A DNA stretch of 64,000 nt from Actinomycetota bacterium (GCA_016871355.1 VFZC01000004.1:19440-83439); one strand, 5' to 3'; shown: positions 8,455-18,751, counted from the first letter of the stretch. Translations and numbers: made by a program. The notes: a model not told the origin generated them from the letters alone.

Positions 8455-9606
8455 ATGAACCACGCAGTGCCCGTGTCGGGTGCTTGGCGTCCGACCGACC
8501 CCGTGGGTCATCGGCAGTTCTTGTCGCTCGATCGCAAATTGGCCCTCGATTCCGGCCAGGTGCTCGACGGTGTGGTCGTCGCGTACGAAACGTGGGGGAC
8601 GCTCAACGCCGATGCGAGCAACGCCGTGCTGATGTGCCACGCCTGGACGGGTGACAGTCATGTCGCCGGTCCGGCCGATCTCGGCCACCCCACGCCAGGT
8701 TGGTGGGAGAGTGCGGTGGGTCCGGGTCTGGCGATCGACACGAACGAATGGTTCGTCGTGTGCACCAATGTTCTCGGCGGTTGCCAGGGGACCACGGGTC
8801 CGGCGTCGTTGCATCCCGACGACGGCAAACCGTACGGCTCGCGATTCCCGGTGATCACCATCCGCGACATGGTGCGTGCGCAAGTTCGGTTGGCCGATCA
8901 TCTCGGTATCGGTCGTTGGCATTCGATCATCGGTGGATCGATGGGCGGAATGCAGGTTCTCGAATGGGCCACCACCTATCCCGATCGGGTGTCGTCGATC
9001 GCGCCCATCGCCACGTGTGCGCAGGCGTCGGCGCAGCAGATCGCCTGGGGTTCCATCGGTCGTCGCGCGATCATGACCGATCCGAAGTGGCGTGGCGGCG
9101 ACTACTACGACGCCGCACCCGGCGACGGCCCGCACGAAGGTCTGTCGACTGCGCGCATGGTCGCCCAAGTGACGTTCCGGAGCGACAACGTGTTCACCGA
9201 GCGATTCGGTCGTCAGATCGTGGGCAGCGACAACGCGCTCAAGTCGATCGATCAGAAGTTCGAAGTCGAGCGTTACCTCGAGTACCACGGCGACAAACTC
9301 GTGCGCCGTTTCGACGCCAACTCGTATCTCGTGATCGGCAAAGCCATGGACCTCCACGACATCGGCCGTGGTCGGGGCGGACTCGAAGCGGCCATGGCGC
9401 GCATCAACGTTCCCACGCTCACATTGGGTATTCACAGCGACATGCTGTACCCGGCGTATCAGCAGATCCAGATTCGCGACCTGCTCGTGTCGCGCGGAGT
9501 TCCGGCCGAATACATCGAGATCGACTCACCGCACGGTCACGATTCGTTCCTGATCGACCTCGATCAGGTGGGTCCGCCGTTGCGTCACTTCCTCGCCAAC
9601 GTCTGA
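8455..9606 (+). CDS. metX: Homoserine O-acetyltransferase
   Basis: ATG 8455 preceded by GAAAGGAG. Alpha/beta-hydrolase nucleophile elbow GGSMGGMQ. Typical MetX length (383 aa). The upstream 88 codons of ORF 8191.. cover the riboswitch leader. Confidence 0.9.
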   Translation: MNHAVPVSGAWRPTDPVGHRQFLSLDRKLALDSGQVLDGVVVAYETWGTLNADASNAVLMCHAWTGDSHVAGPADLGHPTPGWWESAVGPGLAIDTNEWFVVCTNVLGGCQGTTGPASLHPDDGKPYGSRFPVITIRDMVRAQVRLADHLGIGRWHSIIGGSMGGMQVLEWATTYPDRVSSIAPIATCAQASAQQIAWGSIGRRAIMTDPKWRGGDYYDAAPGDGPHEGLSTARMVAQVTFRSDNVFTERFGRQIVGSDNALKSIDQKFEVERYLEYHGDKLVRRFDANSYLVIGKAMDLHDIGRGRGGLEAAMARINVPTLTLGIHSDMLYPAYQQIQIRDLLVSRGVPAEYIEIDSPHGHDSFLIDLDQVGPPLRHFLANV

Positions 9607-9633
9607 CCCGCGCTCGGTGACGTCGCGCCGCGT

Positions 9634-10014
9634 TCAGTGAACGGTGATGAGCGACTCGAGAGTGTTGGTGGCGCGGCTCTTGGCCGGAATCCGCAGCAGA
9701 AGGCGAGCCTCGCCCTGGAGAACGAAGAAGGCCTTGTTGCCGGGTGACTCGGGGGCTCGGCCGGCCACCCGATAGACGCCACTGAGGCGCTTGGCCCGAC
9801 GCGAGCGCGAACCGATCACGAGGCTGGCACCGTCGACGAACGCCCGCATCTCGCGCCACGGGCCATCGGGAAGATCGTGGGCGCCCAGGGTCTGCACCCG
9901 GCACACGAAACGGCGTCCGTCCTTGCTGACCCAGTGCGGTTCGATCCGCGATGCGCCCCACAGCATGGCGATGCAGCCGGCGATTCCGAGGATGCCGATG
10001 AGCGTGTCGGTCAC
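9634..10014 (-). CDS. Hypothetical membrane-anchored protein
   Basis: 126-aa ORF with one N-terminal hydrophobic helix (LIGILGIAGCIAMLWGA) followed by a soluble domain. No family recognised. Confidence 0.5.
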   Translation of the reverse strand: MTDTLIGILGIAGCIAMLWGASRIEPHWVSKDGRRFVCRVQTLGAHDLPDGPWREMRAFVDGASLVIGSRSRRAKRLSGVYRVAGRAPESPGNKAFFVLQGEARLLLRIPAKSRATNTLESLITVH

Positions 10015-10095
10015 GTGCTCATTGTCTCACACGGCACCGGCGATTGGTTCGTCGCCGATGTGACGACGTGGCCGAGGCCGACCGACAATGGATTC

Positions 10096-10854
10096 GTGCC
10101 CGAGATCCTCGAAGTGGAGATGTACGCCGAGGCGGCCCGGCGGGTGATCGGACGGCGGGTGTCGCGCGTGACCCATCTCGACTCGTTGGTGGTGGGCGAA
10201 CCGAGCATCGTTCAGGGCTTGGAAGGCAAGCGCATCACCGACGTGACGCGCCTCGGAAAAGTGCTCACCCTGCACACGTCGTTGCTGGCCGTCGATCTCC
10301 ACTTCGGAATGTCGGGTCGGATCGTCGTCGATGGTCGCTCGCCGATCGACGAGTTGTCGTACGCGGCCTCCGACGATTCGCGCTGGATCCGTTTCGGACT
10401 CTCGTTCGGAAAGGGCTTCTTGTACATCAGCGACCCGCGACGGTTCGCCCGTGTGCAACCCACGCGTCACGGAGAGGGTTTGGGGCCCGATGCGATGACG
10501 ATTTCGAAGCAGCAGTTCCGCGAATGTGTGACCGGTCGCAATGCGCCCATCAAAGCGGTGCTACTAGACCAATCATCGGTGGCCGGTCTCGGCAACATGT
10601 TGGTGGACGAGATCTTGTGGCGAGCCGACGTCGACCCGCATCGCAAGAAGCTCGATGCGGCGACCGTCGACTTGATCCACGCGAAGATGCGGGCGGTGTT
10701 GCCCCAACTGGCGCGGCGCGGCGGCAGCCATGCCGGTCGATTGAGTGTGAAGTTGCGTGTTCCCGGCTCGGCGTGTCCGCGTGATGGGGCACTTCTGAGC
10801 CGGGCGACGGTCGGTGGTCGCACCACCTTTTGGTGTCCGAAGCATCAACGCTGA
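10096..10854 (+). CDS. Fpg/Nei family DNA glycosylase / AP lyase
   Basis: GTG 10096 gives M-PEILEVE, matching the canonical MPELPEVE with catalytic Pro2. C-terminal zinc finger CPRDG...FWCPKHQ. Confidence 0.85.
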   Translation: MPEILEVEMYAEAARRVIGRRVSRVTHLDSLVVGEPSIVQGLEGKRITDVTRLGKVLTLHTSLLAVDLHFGMSGRIVVDGRSPIDELSYAASDDSRWIRFGLSFGKGFLYISDPRRFARVQPTRHGEGLGPDAMTISKQQFRECVTGRNAPIKAVLLDQSSVAGLGNMLVDEILWRADVDPHRKKLDAATVDLIHAKMRAVLPQLARRGGSHAGRLSVKLRVPGSACPRDGALLSRATVGGRTTFWCPKHQR

Positions 10855-10913
10855 CGATCACCTTCCGGGCTCGATCGAGGTTCGGCGAGGCCGACGCCCG
10901 ACATAATGGCGAG

Positions 10914-11441
10914 GTGACCTGGTTGGCCGGCATCGACACCCGCTCCGTGGGCGACACCGGTAGTTCGGTCGTGGTGTTGGTGGTGGCAATGGCGTTGGTG
11001 GCGGCCGGAGTCGCTCTCACCGGCATCACCGTGTGGTTCTGGCGTTCCACGCGCCCCGACCCGGAAGCGCTCGCACCCTTGGTGGTGATGAGTTCGAAAC
11101 GGTGGCGCCTGGGCAACCCCATCGAACGTCGTCAGGCTCTCGACGTGGCTCGGCCGGGTGCTTCGGTTGCCGTTCTCGAACCCGTGGCCGACGACCTGCT
11201 CGTCGACGATGCGTCAGCCGACGATCCGGTCATCGAAACGGCGGTGGCTGATGAGGTCGTCGCGAACAGCGAGATTCCGGTCGAGATCGCCTTCGCTCTC
11301 GACGAACCCGTCGCTCAGACTGTTGACGGTTTGTTCGACGACTTGGACGAGGACTCCGATCAGTACGACGACGATCCGGTCAACTCGGGTCCGATCGAGC
11401 GCGGTGGTTCGTCACCCATCGATCCGCTTCTCGGTCGCTGA
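10914..11441 (+). CDS. Hypothetical membrane protein with acidic C-terminal tail
   Basis: One TM segment (VVVLVVAMALVAAGVALTGITVWFW), then an Asp/Glu-rich tail. Start uncertain: ORF opens at 10830, and GTG 10914 avoids overlap with the upstream gene. Confidence 0.45.
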   Translation: MTWLAGIDTRSVGDTGSSVVVLVVAMALVAAGVALTGITVWFWRSTRPDPEALAPLVVMSSKRWRLGNPIERRQALDVARPGASVAVLEPVADDLLVDDASADDPVIETAVADEVVANSEIPVEIAFALDEPVAQTVDGLFDDLDEDSDQYDDDPVNSGPIERGGSSPIDPLLGR

Positions 11442-11494
11442 GCGACCGTATCGAGAACCTGACTCGCGGTCGGCGCGCGGTCTACCGTGGAGGT

Positions 11495-11716
11495 ATGGCC
11501 GAACTCGATCTCGATGCGATGCTCCAGAGGTTCCGCGACCGGGCTGCCGCCGTGAAGAAGCGCCCGCTCCCGCCGGTGGCCGGACAGGAACGACAGTTGT
11601 TCCTCGAGAATGCGCAGCGCGACTTCCAGGATTTCGCGATCATCGGTGACGCGCAGGCGACCATCGAAGACGGAGTGCTCGTACTCCGGGTCGATCTGCG
11701 TCCGAAGGCCTCGTGA
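11495..11716 (+). CDS. Hypothetical small protein (73 aa)
   Basis: ATG preceded by GGAGG. Balanced composition. Stop overlaps the GTG of the next gene (GTGA). Confidence 0.5.
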   Translation: MAELDLDAMLQRFRDRAAAVKKRPLPPVAGQERQLFLENAQRDFQDFAIIGDAQATIEDGVLVLRVDLRPKAS

Positions 11717-12612
11717 CCCTCGCTGCTACTCGCCAGTCGAACGACGTCGCCGTCCCCGCCGTACTCCTCGCCGTCGTGGCGTGGGGTCTCGGCTCGCTGA
11801 TGGTGCGCGGCATGAGCGTCGACGGCACCACGGTTGCGCTCTATCGCATGTGGTTGGGCACGCCCGTGATGTTCGTCGCTGCTCGCGTGTGGGGCCAGCC
11901 CATGACGCTCTCGATCCTGAAGAGTTGCGTGGTGCCCGGCGTGTTCTTCGGATTGTCGATGATGTTCGGTTTCCAGGCTGCGCGCACCACGTCGATCGCG
12001 AACGCCACGCTGATCTCGCATCTCACACCCGCGCTCATGGTGCTCGGCCTCGGACGACTGCTGGGGGAGCGCACCGAACTGCGACGCCTTCCGTTCGCGT
12101 TCGTGTCGCTGTTCGGATTGGTGTTGGTGGTGCTCGTTGGATCGAACAGCGACGGGGCGTCTCTCAAAGGTGATCTATTCGCCCTCGTGAACGTGGCGTG
12201 CTGGACGGTGTACTTCATCATCTTGAAGCGCACGCGCGATGCGGGCATCGACGGCTGGACGTTCCTCTCGGGTGTCTTTCTCGTCGGTTCGATCGTGATC
12301 ACTCCGTGGTGTCTCGTCGCGTCCGACGATCTCACGTCGGTGAACGCCAAGGACTACCTCTTGCTCACGGGCATGATCCTCGGGCCGGGTCTGGTGGGCC
12401 ACGGTCTCGTCACCTGGGCCAGTCGTCATCTCGCCGCCACCGTCACCTCGTTGCTCACGTTGTTGGGGCCGGTGGTGTCGGTGGTGGGGGCGTGGCTGAT
12501 CTACGACCAATCGCTCGGCTGGAACAAGATCGTGGGGGCCGTGCTGGTGCTGGGCGGCCTGGCCGGAACCGTGTGGGGCCGGTCGCGCGCGGAGGCTTTG
12601 GAAGCCCCGTGA
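11713..12612 (+). CDS. EamA/DMT family transporter
   Basis: 299 aa, about 10 hydrophobic segments in two repeated halves, typical of the drug/metabolite transporter superfamily. Confidence 0.75.
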   Translation: MTLAATRQSNDVAVPAVLLAVVAWGLGSLMVRGMSVDGTTVALYRMWLGTPVMFVAARVWGQPMTLSILKSCVVPGVFFGLSMMFGFQAARTTSIANATLISHLTPALMVLGLGRLLGERTELRRLPFAFVSLFGLVLVVLVGSNSDGASLKGDLFALVNVACWTVYFIILKRTRDAGIDGWTFLSGVFLVGSIVITPWCLVASDDLTSVNAKDYLLLTGMILGPGLVGHGLVTWASRHLAATVTSLLTLLGPVVSVVGAWLIYDQSLGWNKIVGAVLVLGGLAGTVWGRSRAEALEAP

Positions 12613-12666
12613 CCCGGCCCGGGCCGGGTGTTATCGACGGGGCTCGGCGATAGTGTGCCGGGTGCT

Positions 12667-12742
12667 GCGGACGTGGCTCAGTTGGTAGAGCATCACCTTG
12701 CCAAGGTGAGGGTCGCGGGTTCGAATCCCGTCGTCCGCTCCA
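12667..12742 (+). tRNA. tRNA-Gly (anticodon GCC), CCA encoded
   Basis: Hand-folded cloverleaf. Acceptor GCGGACG/CGTCCGC, D-stem GCTC/GAGC, anticodon stem TCACC/GGTGA with loop TTGCCAA, T-arm GCGGG-TTCGAAT-CCCGT, then T-CCA. Confidence 0.95.
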
Positions 12743-12746
12743 AGAA

Positions 12747-12780
12747 AGTGCCCGGACGGTCGGAGGGGCACTTGTGTTGT
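12747..12780 (+). terminator. Putative intrinsic terminator after tRNA-Gly
   Basis: 7-bp GC-rich stem AGTGCCC(12747-53)/GGGCACT(12766-72) followed by TGTGTTGT. Confidence 0.45.
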
Positions 12781-12897
12781 GGCGGACTTCTCGTTCGGGA
12801 GGTCTGAACGAGTCGGTCGAGTCGCCTGACCGGGTAGCCGGAAATCTGTCATCACTCGGTCCAGGCTGAAATCGGTTTCGGGTCTACGGTTCCCCCC

Positions 12898-14373
12898 ATG
12901 AGGCAACTGTCGGGGCTCGATGCGACCTTCTTGCATCTCGAGACGTCCACGACGTTCGGGCACGTGTCGGGCCTGGCTCTCTACAGTCGTCCGTCGGCCG
13001 ACTTCGATCCGTACCGCACGGTGTACGAACGGTTCGAGGCCCTGTCGGGGCGAGTCGGACCGTTGCACGAGAAGTTGCTCGATGTTCCTCTCGGTCTCGA
13101 TCATCCCTACTGGATCGTCGACGACGATTTCGATCTCGATTATCACGTGCGCCATCTCGGCTTGGCTCCGCCCGGGACCGACGCACAGTTGGCCGAACAA
13201 GTGGCACGCATCTTCGGTCGCGCTCTCGATCGCAAACGCCCACTGTGGGAGGTCTACGTCATCGAGGGATTGAGTGACGGCCGGTGGGCCTTGATGACGA
13301 AGTTCCATCATTCGTCGATCGATGGTGGTGCCGGTGTGGTGATGCTGAACATGCTCACCGATTCGTCGCCGGATGCGAAGCCCGACCTCACGCCGGTGCC
13401 CCTCCCCGAGGAAGAACCGGTGAGTGAAACCGAATTGGTTCGTCGGGCGGTGGCCAAACTCGCTTCCAATCCGGTGAGGTCGCTACGTCTTCAACTGCGG
13501 GTCACCCAAGGGGTGGTCGACTCGTTGGGTCTGTCGTCGGCCAGTGAGCTGACCCGCCAGTTGCGCAAGACCGTGCGATCGATCACGCGTCGCGTGCCAA
13601 CCGAGCGATCGGCCGACATCGATCGTGTGACGTTGCCGCTCACGCCAGCGCCGCCGAGTCCGTGGAACAAGACGATCACCGCGCATCGTCGTTTCGCCAT
13701 GCGTTCGTCATCGCTCGACACACTGAAGGAACTCAAGGCGGCGTCCGGTGGCACGGTCAATGACATCGTCATGGCCATCTGCACCGGCGCCTTGCGTGAA
13801 TATCTGATCGGCCACGACGCGCTGCCCGATCGACCGCTGCGCGCGATGGTTCCGGTATCCACGCGAACCGGCGAAGAAGAGGTTCCCTGGACCAATCAGG
13901 TGTCGGGCATCGTGGCCGACCTGCCGACCAACTGTGCCGATCCGATCGAACGCGTCGCGTTGTGCCATCAGGCCATGGAACTCGCCAAGCGCCAGTTCGA
14001 ACTGCTGCCCGCCGACACCATCGCCCAGGGTGCTCAGGCCGCCGCGCCCGTGCTGGCCACGGCGGCCGCGCGCTTGGCATCGCGTCTGCGCTGGGCCGAT
14101 CGAGCCCGCATCCTTCCGTTCAATGTGGTGATCTCGAACGTTCCCGGCCCACGCTTACCCATGTATCTGAGCGGCGCGCAGATGGAGAACTACATCCCGG
14201 TGTCGATCGTGACCGACGGGATGGGGCTCAACATCACGGTGCACAGCTACCTCGATCGCCTCGACTTCGGGCTCATCGCGTGTCGCGAACTCGTCCCCGA
14301 TCTATGGGACCTGCTCGATCTGCACTTCGCCGAGATCGATGTGTTGCGCCGCGCGTACGGCATTGCTGTGTGA
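12898..14373 (+). CDS. Wax ester synthase / diacylglycerol acyltransferase (WS/DGAT)
   Basis: Active-site HHxxxDG motif (HHSSIDGGAG). N-terminus MRQLSGLDATFLHLE is typical of the family. 491 aa. Confidence 0.9.
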   Translation: MRQLSGLDATFLHLETSTTFGHVSGLALYSRPSADFDPYRTVYERFEALSGRVGPLHEKLLDVPLGLDHPYWIVDDDFDLDYHVRHLGLAPPGTDAQLAEQVARIFGRALDRKRPLWEVYVIEGLSDGRWALMTKFHHSSIDGGAGVVMLNMLTDSSPDAKPDLTPVPLPEEEPVSETELVRRAVAKLASNPVRSLRLQLRVTQGVVDSLGLSSASELTRQLRKTVRSITRRVPTERSADIDRVTLPLTPAPPSPWNKTITAHRRFAMRSSSLDTLKELKAASGGTVNDIVMAICTGALREYLIGHDALPDRPLRAMVPVSTRTGEEEVPWTNQVSGIVADLPTNCADPIERVALCHQAMELAKRQFELLPADTIAQGAQAAAPVLATAAARLASRLRWADRARILPFNVVISNVPGPRLPMYLSGAQMENYIPVSIVTDGMGLNITVHSYLDRLDFGLIACRELVPDLWDLLDLHFAEIDVLRRAYGIAV

Positions 14374-14544
14374 TCGCGACTGTGTAATCACTTCTGCGTG
14401 ATCTGAATCCGCTTCTCCTGGGCTTGGGCGCCGTTCATCGGAGAGATGCCATGGTGACTCCTTGTCGGTGGGCAGTTTTGCTACGCCCGACGGTAGGAGC
14501 ATGCGTCCAGACGTTGCCGTCAGGAGCGGTGAATCGTGACGGCT

Positions 14545-14955
14545 CTACTCGCGCACGAAGAACGTGCGGTTCCACTCGCGATGCCCGCGACCATCGACCG
14601 TGACGCGCCATTCGTAACTACGCCCGGGCGCCAGCGCGATGGGTGGAATCTGAATCGCCAGGTTCTGATCGACGTCGGAACCCGGTCGAAGATGTGACGG
14701 TCGGGCGACCTCGAGATCGATGTCGAAGGCCAGGGGGGAAGCGTTCACCAGAACGTTGCGCCCGTCCTCGTCCACCAGTTCGGCATGAATCCGGATCCGT
14801 TTCTCGGTCATGTCCCACGGAATCTTGGCCATGAGGGCGAGGGCGCTCGTGAAGATTCCGGAGCCCACCTGAGACCAACCGGCCCCAGCCATCATCACCT
14901 TGCCGTCGTGGGTGACCGCGTAGTCGGCGAGCACCACCTGCAACTGGATCTCCAT
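14545..14955 (-). CDS. Hypothetical protein (136 aa)
   Basis: Clean ORF with balanced composition. No family recognised with certainty. Confidence 0.5.
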   Translation of the reverse strand: MEIQLQVVLADYAVTHDGKVMMAGAGWSQVGSGIFTSALALMAKIPWDMTEKRIRIHAELVDEDGRNVLVNASPLAFDIDLEVARPSHLRPGSDVDQNLAIQIPPIALAPGRSYEWRVTVDGRGHREWNRTFFVRE

Positions 14956-14956
14956 C

Positions 14957-15658
14957 GTGAGCGACGCTAGCCGTCGCTACCGTGACGGGCTCATGGTTGC
15001 GACGCCCCGGCCGATGGCCCGCACGTTCAAGCCCCGGCACCGTCGGCTCGGATCACAGCGTTCCGAGGTGTACGAGCGGCTGGCTCCTATGTTCGGGCTC
15101 ACCGAAGCGGGCCCTGTTCTCGACCTCGACGTGGTGTTCGCTGGACGTCGGCCGATCTGTGTGGAGATCGGATCGGGCAACGGTGATCTTTCGTCGTCGT
15201 ACGCACAGGCTCACCCCGGTACTGGTCTCGTCGCGATCGACGTTCATCGACCGGGTATCGCGCGACTGCTGGCCGACATCGACACGGTTGGCTTCACCAA
15301 TCTGCGCGTGGTCGAGGGCGACGCCCTCGACTTCCTCGATCGACTGCCCGATGCATCGGTTGACGAGGTGTGGGCCTTCTTTCCCGATCCGTGGCCGAAG
15401 AACGCCCAGGCCCACCGCCGACTGGTGACTCCGGAACGAATCGCCCGAATCGCCCGGGTGCTCACGTCGGGAGGATCACTGCGGTTGGCCACCGACGTGG
15501 CGACTTACGCCGCGCAGATGCGACGGGTTCTCGCCGACGACTCGCGGTTCATGAGTGTGAACGACGAACGCCCCTCCTGGCGCATCGAGACGCACTTCGA
15601 ACGTGAAGGACGAGAGCGAGGGCGAGCCGCCGTCGATCTGTGCGCGACTCGTCGTTGA
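14957..15658 (+). CDS. trmB: tRNA (guanine-N7)-methyltransferase
   Basis: FFPDPWPK motif and SAM-binding region VEIGSGNGD. Start ambiguous between GTG 14957 and ATG 15014 (MARTFKPRHRRL). Confidence 0.85.
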   Translation: MSDASRRYRDGLMVATPRPMARTFKPRHRRLGSQRSEVYERLAPMFGLTEAGPVLDLDVVFAGRRPICVEIGSGNGDLSSSYAQAHPGTGLVAIDVHRPGIARLLADIDTVGFTNLRVVEGDALDFLDRLPDASVDEVWAFFPDPWPKNAQAHRRLVTPERIARIARVLTSGGSLRLATDVATYAAQMRRVLADDSRFMSVNDERPSWRIETHFEREGRERGRAAVDLCATRR

Positions 15659-15665
15659 GCGACCG

Positions 15666-16715
15666 TCAGAGCCCGAGCCCGGCGCCGGCGTTCAGATCGT
15701 CGGCGGCCGAGAACGCTCGGCGCACCAGTGAGTCCATCAACGCCGCACCACGCTCGTTGGCCGTGTCGAGCGTGAGGATGCTGGCCGCGAACGACGTGCA
15801 GTAGAACAAGACGCCTTCGGCGTAGCCGATCGTGATGCGCTCGACGTCGCTCCATTCGTCGGGTACTCCGTGGGTGCGGAGACGCTTCGCGTAGCGGTCG
15901 ATCAGTTCGGTTTGCATCTCGCGACGCATGGCCGTGGGCAGGTTGGTGCCGAGGAAGTACACGAGGTCGGTGGTGCTCGGCGCGCGCATGGACAGCTGCC
16001 AGTCGATGAGGGTCATCGAACCATCGGCGTCGAAGAACATGTTGTCGAGCCGGAAGTCGCCGTGAATGAGTGTGCACGGCCACGGCAGGTACTTCGTCAT
16101 CCAGTCGGTGACGCGCGGCGCGAACCCCTCGCACCAACGGAGCACACGCTCAGGCAACGAGTCTTCGTAACGCGCGAGGAACGTTGGCCAGCCCATGTCG
16201 AACATCGCACCCACCGACAGGCTCATCGGGTCGGAGATGTCGGGCATCCAGTCGAGTGTCTTCAGTTCGGGGTGATCGAACCACGAACCGTGCAAGTCGG
16301 CCGCGGTGTCGATGGCGGTGCGGGCCTGATCGGCGGTGGGCCCGGCCACCTGATCGCCCGGACGGCGAGGGTGCAGGTCCTCGAGAATCAGCACGTACGG
16401 ATCGGTTCGCGAGTACAGACATTCGGCGATGCGCACACCGTGCATGTGCGGAGCCACCTCGGTGTAGAAGCGGTGCTCGCGCTCCCACACACGCATCATC
16501 TGGCCGATCATCTGCCCGCCCGGGTCGGCCGTCGGCATCTTCACGATCACCGACGACGGACAACCCGATCCGGTGAGATGTACGCGGGCCAGTTGACCCA
16601 TGAATCCCTCACCGGCGCCGATGATCTCGAGGCGAATCGACGCGACTCGACACTCGAGAACCGACGACAGCCATTCGGCCGTCACTTCCGACATGACGCG
16701 CGGCGTCTCACCCAT
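15666..16715 (-). CDS. Phosphotransferase (APH/choline-kinase-like) family protein
   Basis: Catalytic loop LIHGDFRLDNMFF (HxDxxxxN), followed by IDWQ. 349 aa. Confidence 0.8.
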   Translation of the reverse strand: MGETPRVMSEVTAEWLSSVLECRVASIRLEIIGAGEGFMGQLARVHLTGSGCPSSVIVKMPTADPGGQMIGQMMRVWEREHRFYTEVAPHMHGVRIAECLYSRTDPYVLILEDLHPRRPGDQVAGPTADQARTAIDTAADLHGSWFDHPELKTLDWMPDISDPMSLSVGAMFDMGWPTFLARYEDSLPERVLRWCEGFAPRVTDWMTKYLPWPCTLIHGDFRLDNMFFDADGSMTLIDWQLSMRAPSTTDLVYFLGTNLPTAMRREMQTELIDRYAKRLRTHGVPDEWSDVERITIGYAEGVLFYCTSFAASILTLDTANERGAALMDSLVRRAFSAADDLNAGAGLGL

Positions 16716-16775
16716 GTGTCGCCTCCCCCTCGTGCGAGCGATTCCACCTTAGGTCGGCACGGGTACTCTGAAGGC

Positions 16776-18128
16776 GTGTCCGGGGCGATCGTCGAGCAGT
16801 TGGTCGCGATCGTCGGCCCAGCCAACGTTCTCACCACCGACCTCGATCGCTACGAGGTCGACTGGACGCGCCGCTACACGGGCCGGGCCGCGTGTGTGGT
16901 TCGACCGGCCGACACCGCCGAGGTGGCCACTGTGGTGTCGTGGGCGCGCCGGGCTGGTGTCGCGCTCGTTCCACAGGGTGGCAACACCGGTCTGGTGGGC
17001 GGTTCGGTCCCGCGCGGGGGAGAAGTCGTGGTGTCGCTCGAGCGACTGCGCCACATCGGGCCGGTGGATGCGCTGTCGCGCCAGGTGACCGTGGGCGCTG
17101 GCGTCACCATCCACGACCTGCACGAAACGGCTCGCGCGGCGGGGTTGCGGTACGCGGTCGATTTCGGTGCGCGCGGCTCGGCCACCGTGGGTGGCTCGGT
17201 GGCCACCAACGCCGGTGGCATCAACGTGGTGCGCTACGGCATGACCCGGCAACAGATCGTGGGCGTGGAGGCCGTGCTCGGCACCGGCGACGTCGTCTCA
17301 CATCTGCAAGGTCTGGTGAAGGACAACACGGGCTTCGATCTCGCGTCGCTCCTGTGCGGCAGCGAGGGAACTCTCGGCATCGTGACGGCCGTGCGGGTGC
17401 GATTGGTGACCGAGCAGCCCGCACGAGTCACCGCATTGGCCGGCTTCGATCGAGTGGAGGCCGCGGTGGAGACCATGGCATCGCTGTGCCGCTCGCTCGA
17501 CACCGTCGACGCGGCCGAACTCATGCTCGATTCGGGTGTCGATTTGGTCGAGTCGGCCGTTGGCGTCTCGTCACCGATTCCGCGTGCCGCGGCGTATCTG
17601 CTGGTGGAGTGTTCGGCCCACGACGACCAGAGCGAAAGCCTCGGTGCCATCCTCGGGGCTGCTCCCGGACTGAGCGATGTGGCCATCGCGGTCACCCCGT
17701 CGCAACGTGATGCGCTCTGGCGTCTACGCGACGAGCACACGCCGTCCATCAACACTCTCGGCCCGCCGCTCAAGTTCGACGTGACCGTTCCGATCGATCG
17801 ACTGGCTGGATTCGTGTCGTCGATCGGACGGGTGGTGAGCGATGTGGCGCCGAAGGCGCGCACGTTCGTGTTCGGTCATGCCGCCGACGGGAACATGCAC
17901 GTGAACGTGTCGGGGGTGGTCGATCGTGACGTCGACGTCACCGACGCCGTGTTGCGCGCGGTGGTGGCCGAGGGGGGAAGCATCTCGGCCGAGCACGGCA
18001 TCGGCGTGACCAAGGCGCGCTGGTTGCATCTCAACCGCTCGGCGGCCGAGATCGGCGCCATGCGAGCCATCAAGACGGCGCTCGATCCCGACGGGATCAT
18101 GAATCCTGGCGTGTTGTTCGCCGACTGA
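16776..18128 (+). CDS. FAD-binding oxidoreductase (GlcD / D-2-hydroxyacid dehydrogenase-like)
   Basis: Start trimmed to GTG 16776 (VSGAIVEQLVAIVG..). PCMH-type FAD motif PQGGNTGLVGGSVP. C-terminal SAEHGIG. The upstream 302 codons are antisense to the kinase gene. Confidence 0.85.
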   Translation: MSGAIVEQLVAIVGPANVLTTDLDRYEVDWTRRYTGRAACVVRPADTAEVATVVSWARRAGVALVPQGGNTGLVGGSVPRGGEVVVSLERLRHIGPVDALSRQVTVGAGVTIHDLHETARAAGLRYAVDFGARGSATVGGSVATNAGGINVVRYGMTRQQIVGVEAVLGTGDVVSHLQGLVKDNTGFDLASLLCGSEGTLGIVTAVRVRLVTEQPARVTALAGFDRVEAAVETMASLCRSLDTVDAAELMLDSGVDLVESAVGVSSPIPRAAAYLLVECSAHDDQSESLGAILGAAPGLSDVAIAVTPSQRDALWRLRDEHTPSINTLGPPLKFDVTVPIDRLAGFVSSIGRVVSDVAPKARTFVFGHAADGNMHVNVSGVVDRDVDVTDAVLRAVVAEGGSISAEHGIGVTKARWLHLNRSAAEIGAMRAIKTALDPDGIMNPGVLFAD

Positions 18129-18134
18129 GGTCGA

Positions 18135-18704
18135 TCAGCTGGTCATGCCCTGCAGGCCCACCAGCCCGCGAGCCAGTTCGATCTCACCCATGTGACGCAA
18201 CCCGTGCTGGTAGATCCAGCACTCGAAACCATCGAGCACCGTGATGCCGGGGTCGCCGGCCACGCGCGCCGAGAAGGTGGATGCGATCTGCGGTGGGAAA
18301 GGACGGGTGATCACCACCCGATCGAGCTCGTCGGGAGCGAGCCCGGCCAACCAGTTCTCGGTTCGTGAGAAGACCGCGCGCATGTAGTCGCGGAAGGCCT
18401 CGAGGTCGCCGATGCGCTGGTGCACCATCTCGTCGACCGTGCGGTGCTTGCCGTGATCGTTGACGGTGAGGCCGACTCGTGATTGCCAGTCGTCGTTCCA
18501 GATGGGGGCTTGTCCGGTGAGCAGCATGAACGCTCCGTCGTGAACGTTCACGTAGTGGAACAACGAGAAGGCGATGGGTACCACTCCGTCACGCTCGAAA
18601 TGGTTCACGTGCGACAAGTCCATCGTGTCCAAGGCGTCCTCGTACAAGGAGTGCAGAGCGGCGATTCGCCGCCGGAGCGAATCGAGGACGAGCGCGTTGG
18701 TCAT
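18135..18704 (-). CDS. DinB-like family protein
   Basis: 189-aa ORF. The helical-bundle pattern with conserved His residues resembles DinB/YfiT-like proteins. Assignment from memory only. Confidence 0.45.
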   Translation of the reverse strand: MTNALVLDSLRRRIAALHSLYEDALDTMDLSHVNHFERDGVVPIAFSLFHYVNVHDGAFMLLTGQAPIWNDDWQSRVGLTVNDHGKHRTVDEMVHQRIGDLEAFRDYMRAVFSRTENWLAGLAPDELDRVVITRPFPPQIASTFSARVAGDPGITVLDGFECWIYQHGLRHMGEIELARGLVGLQGMTS

Positions 18705-18751
18705 GGTTCAACCATAGGTGAGGTTCGTGTGCGCTCTGATACGTTCGCGCC

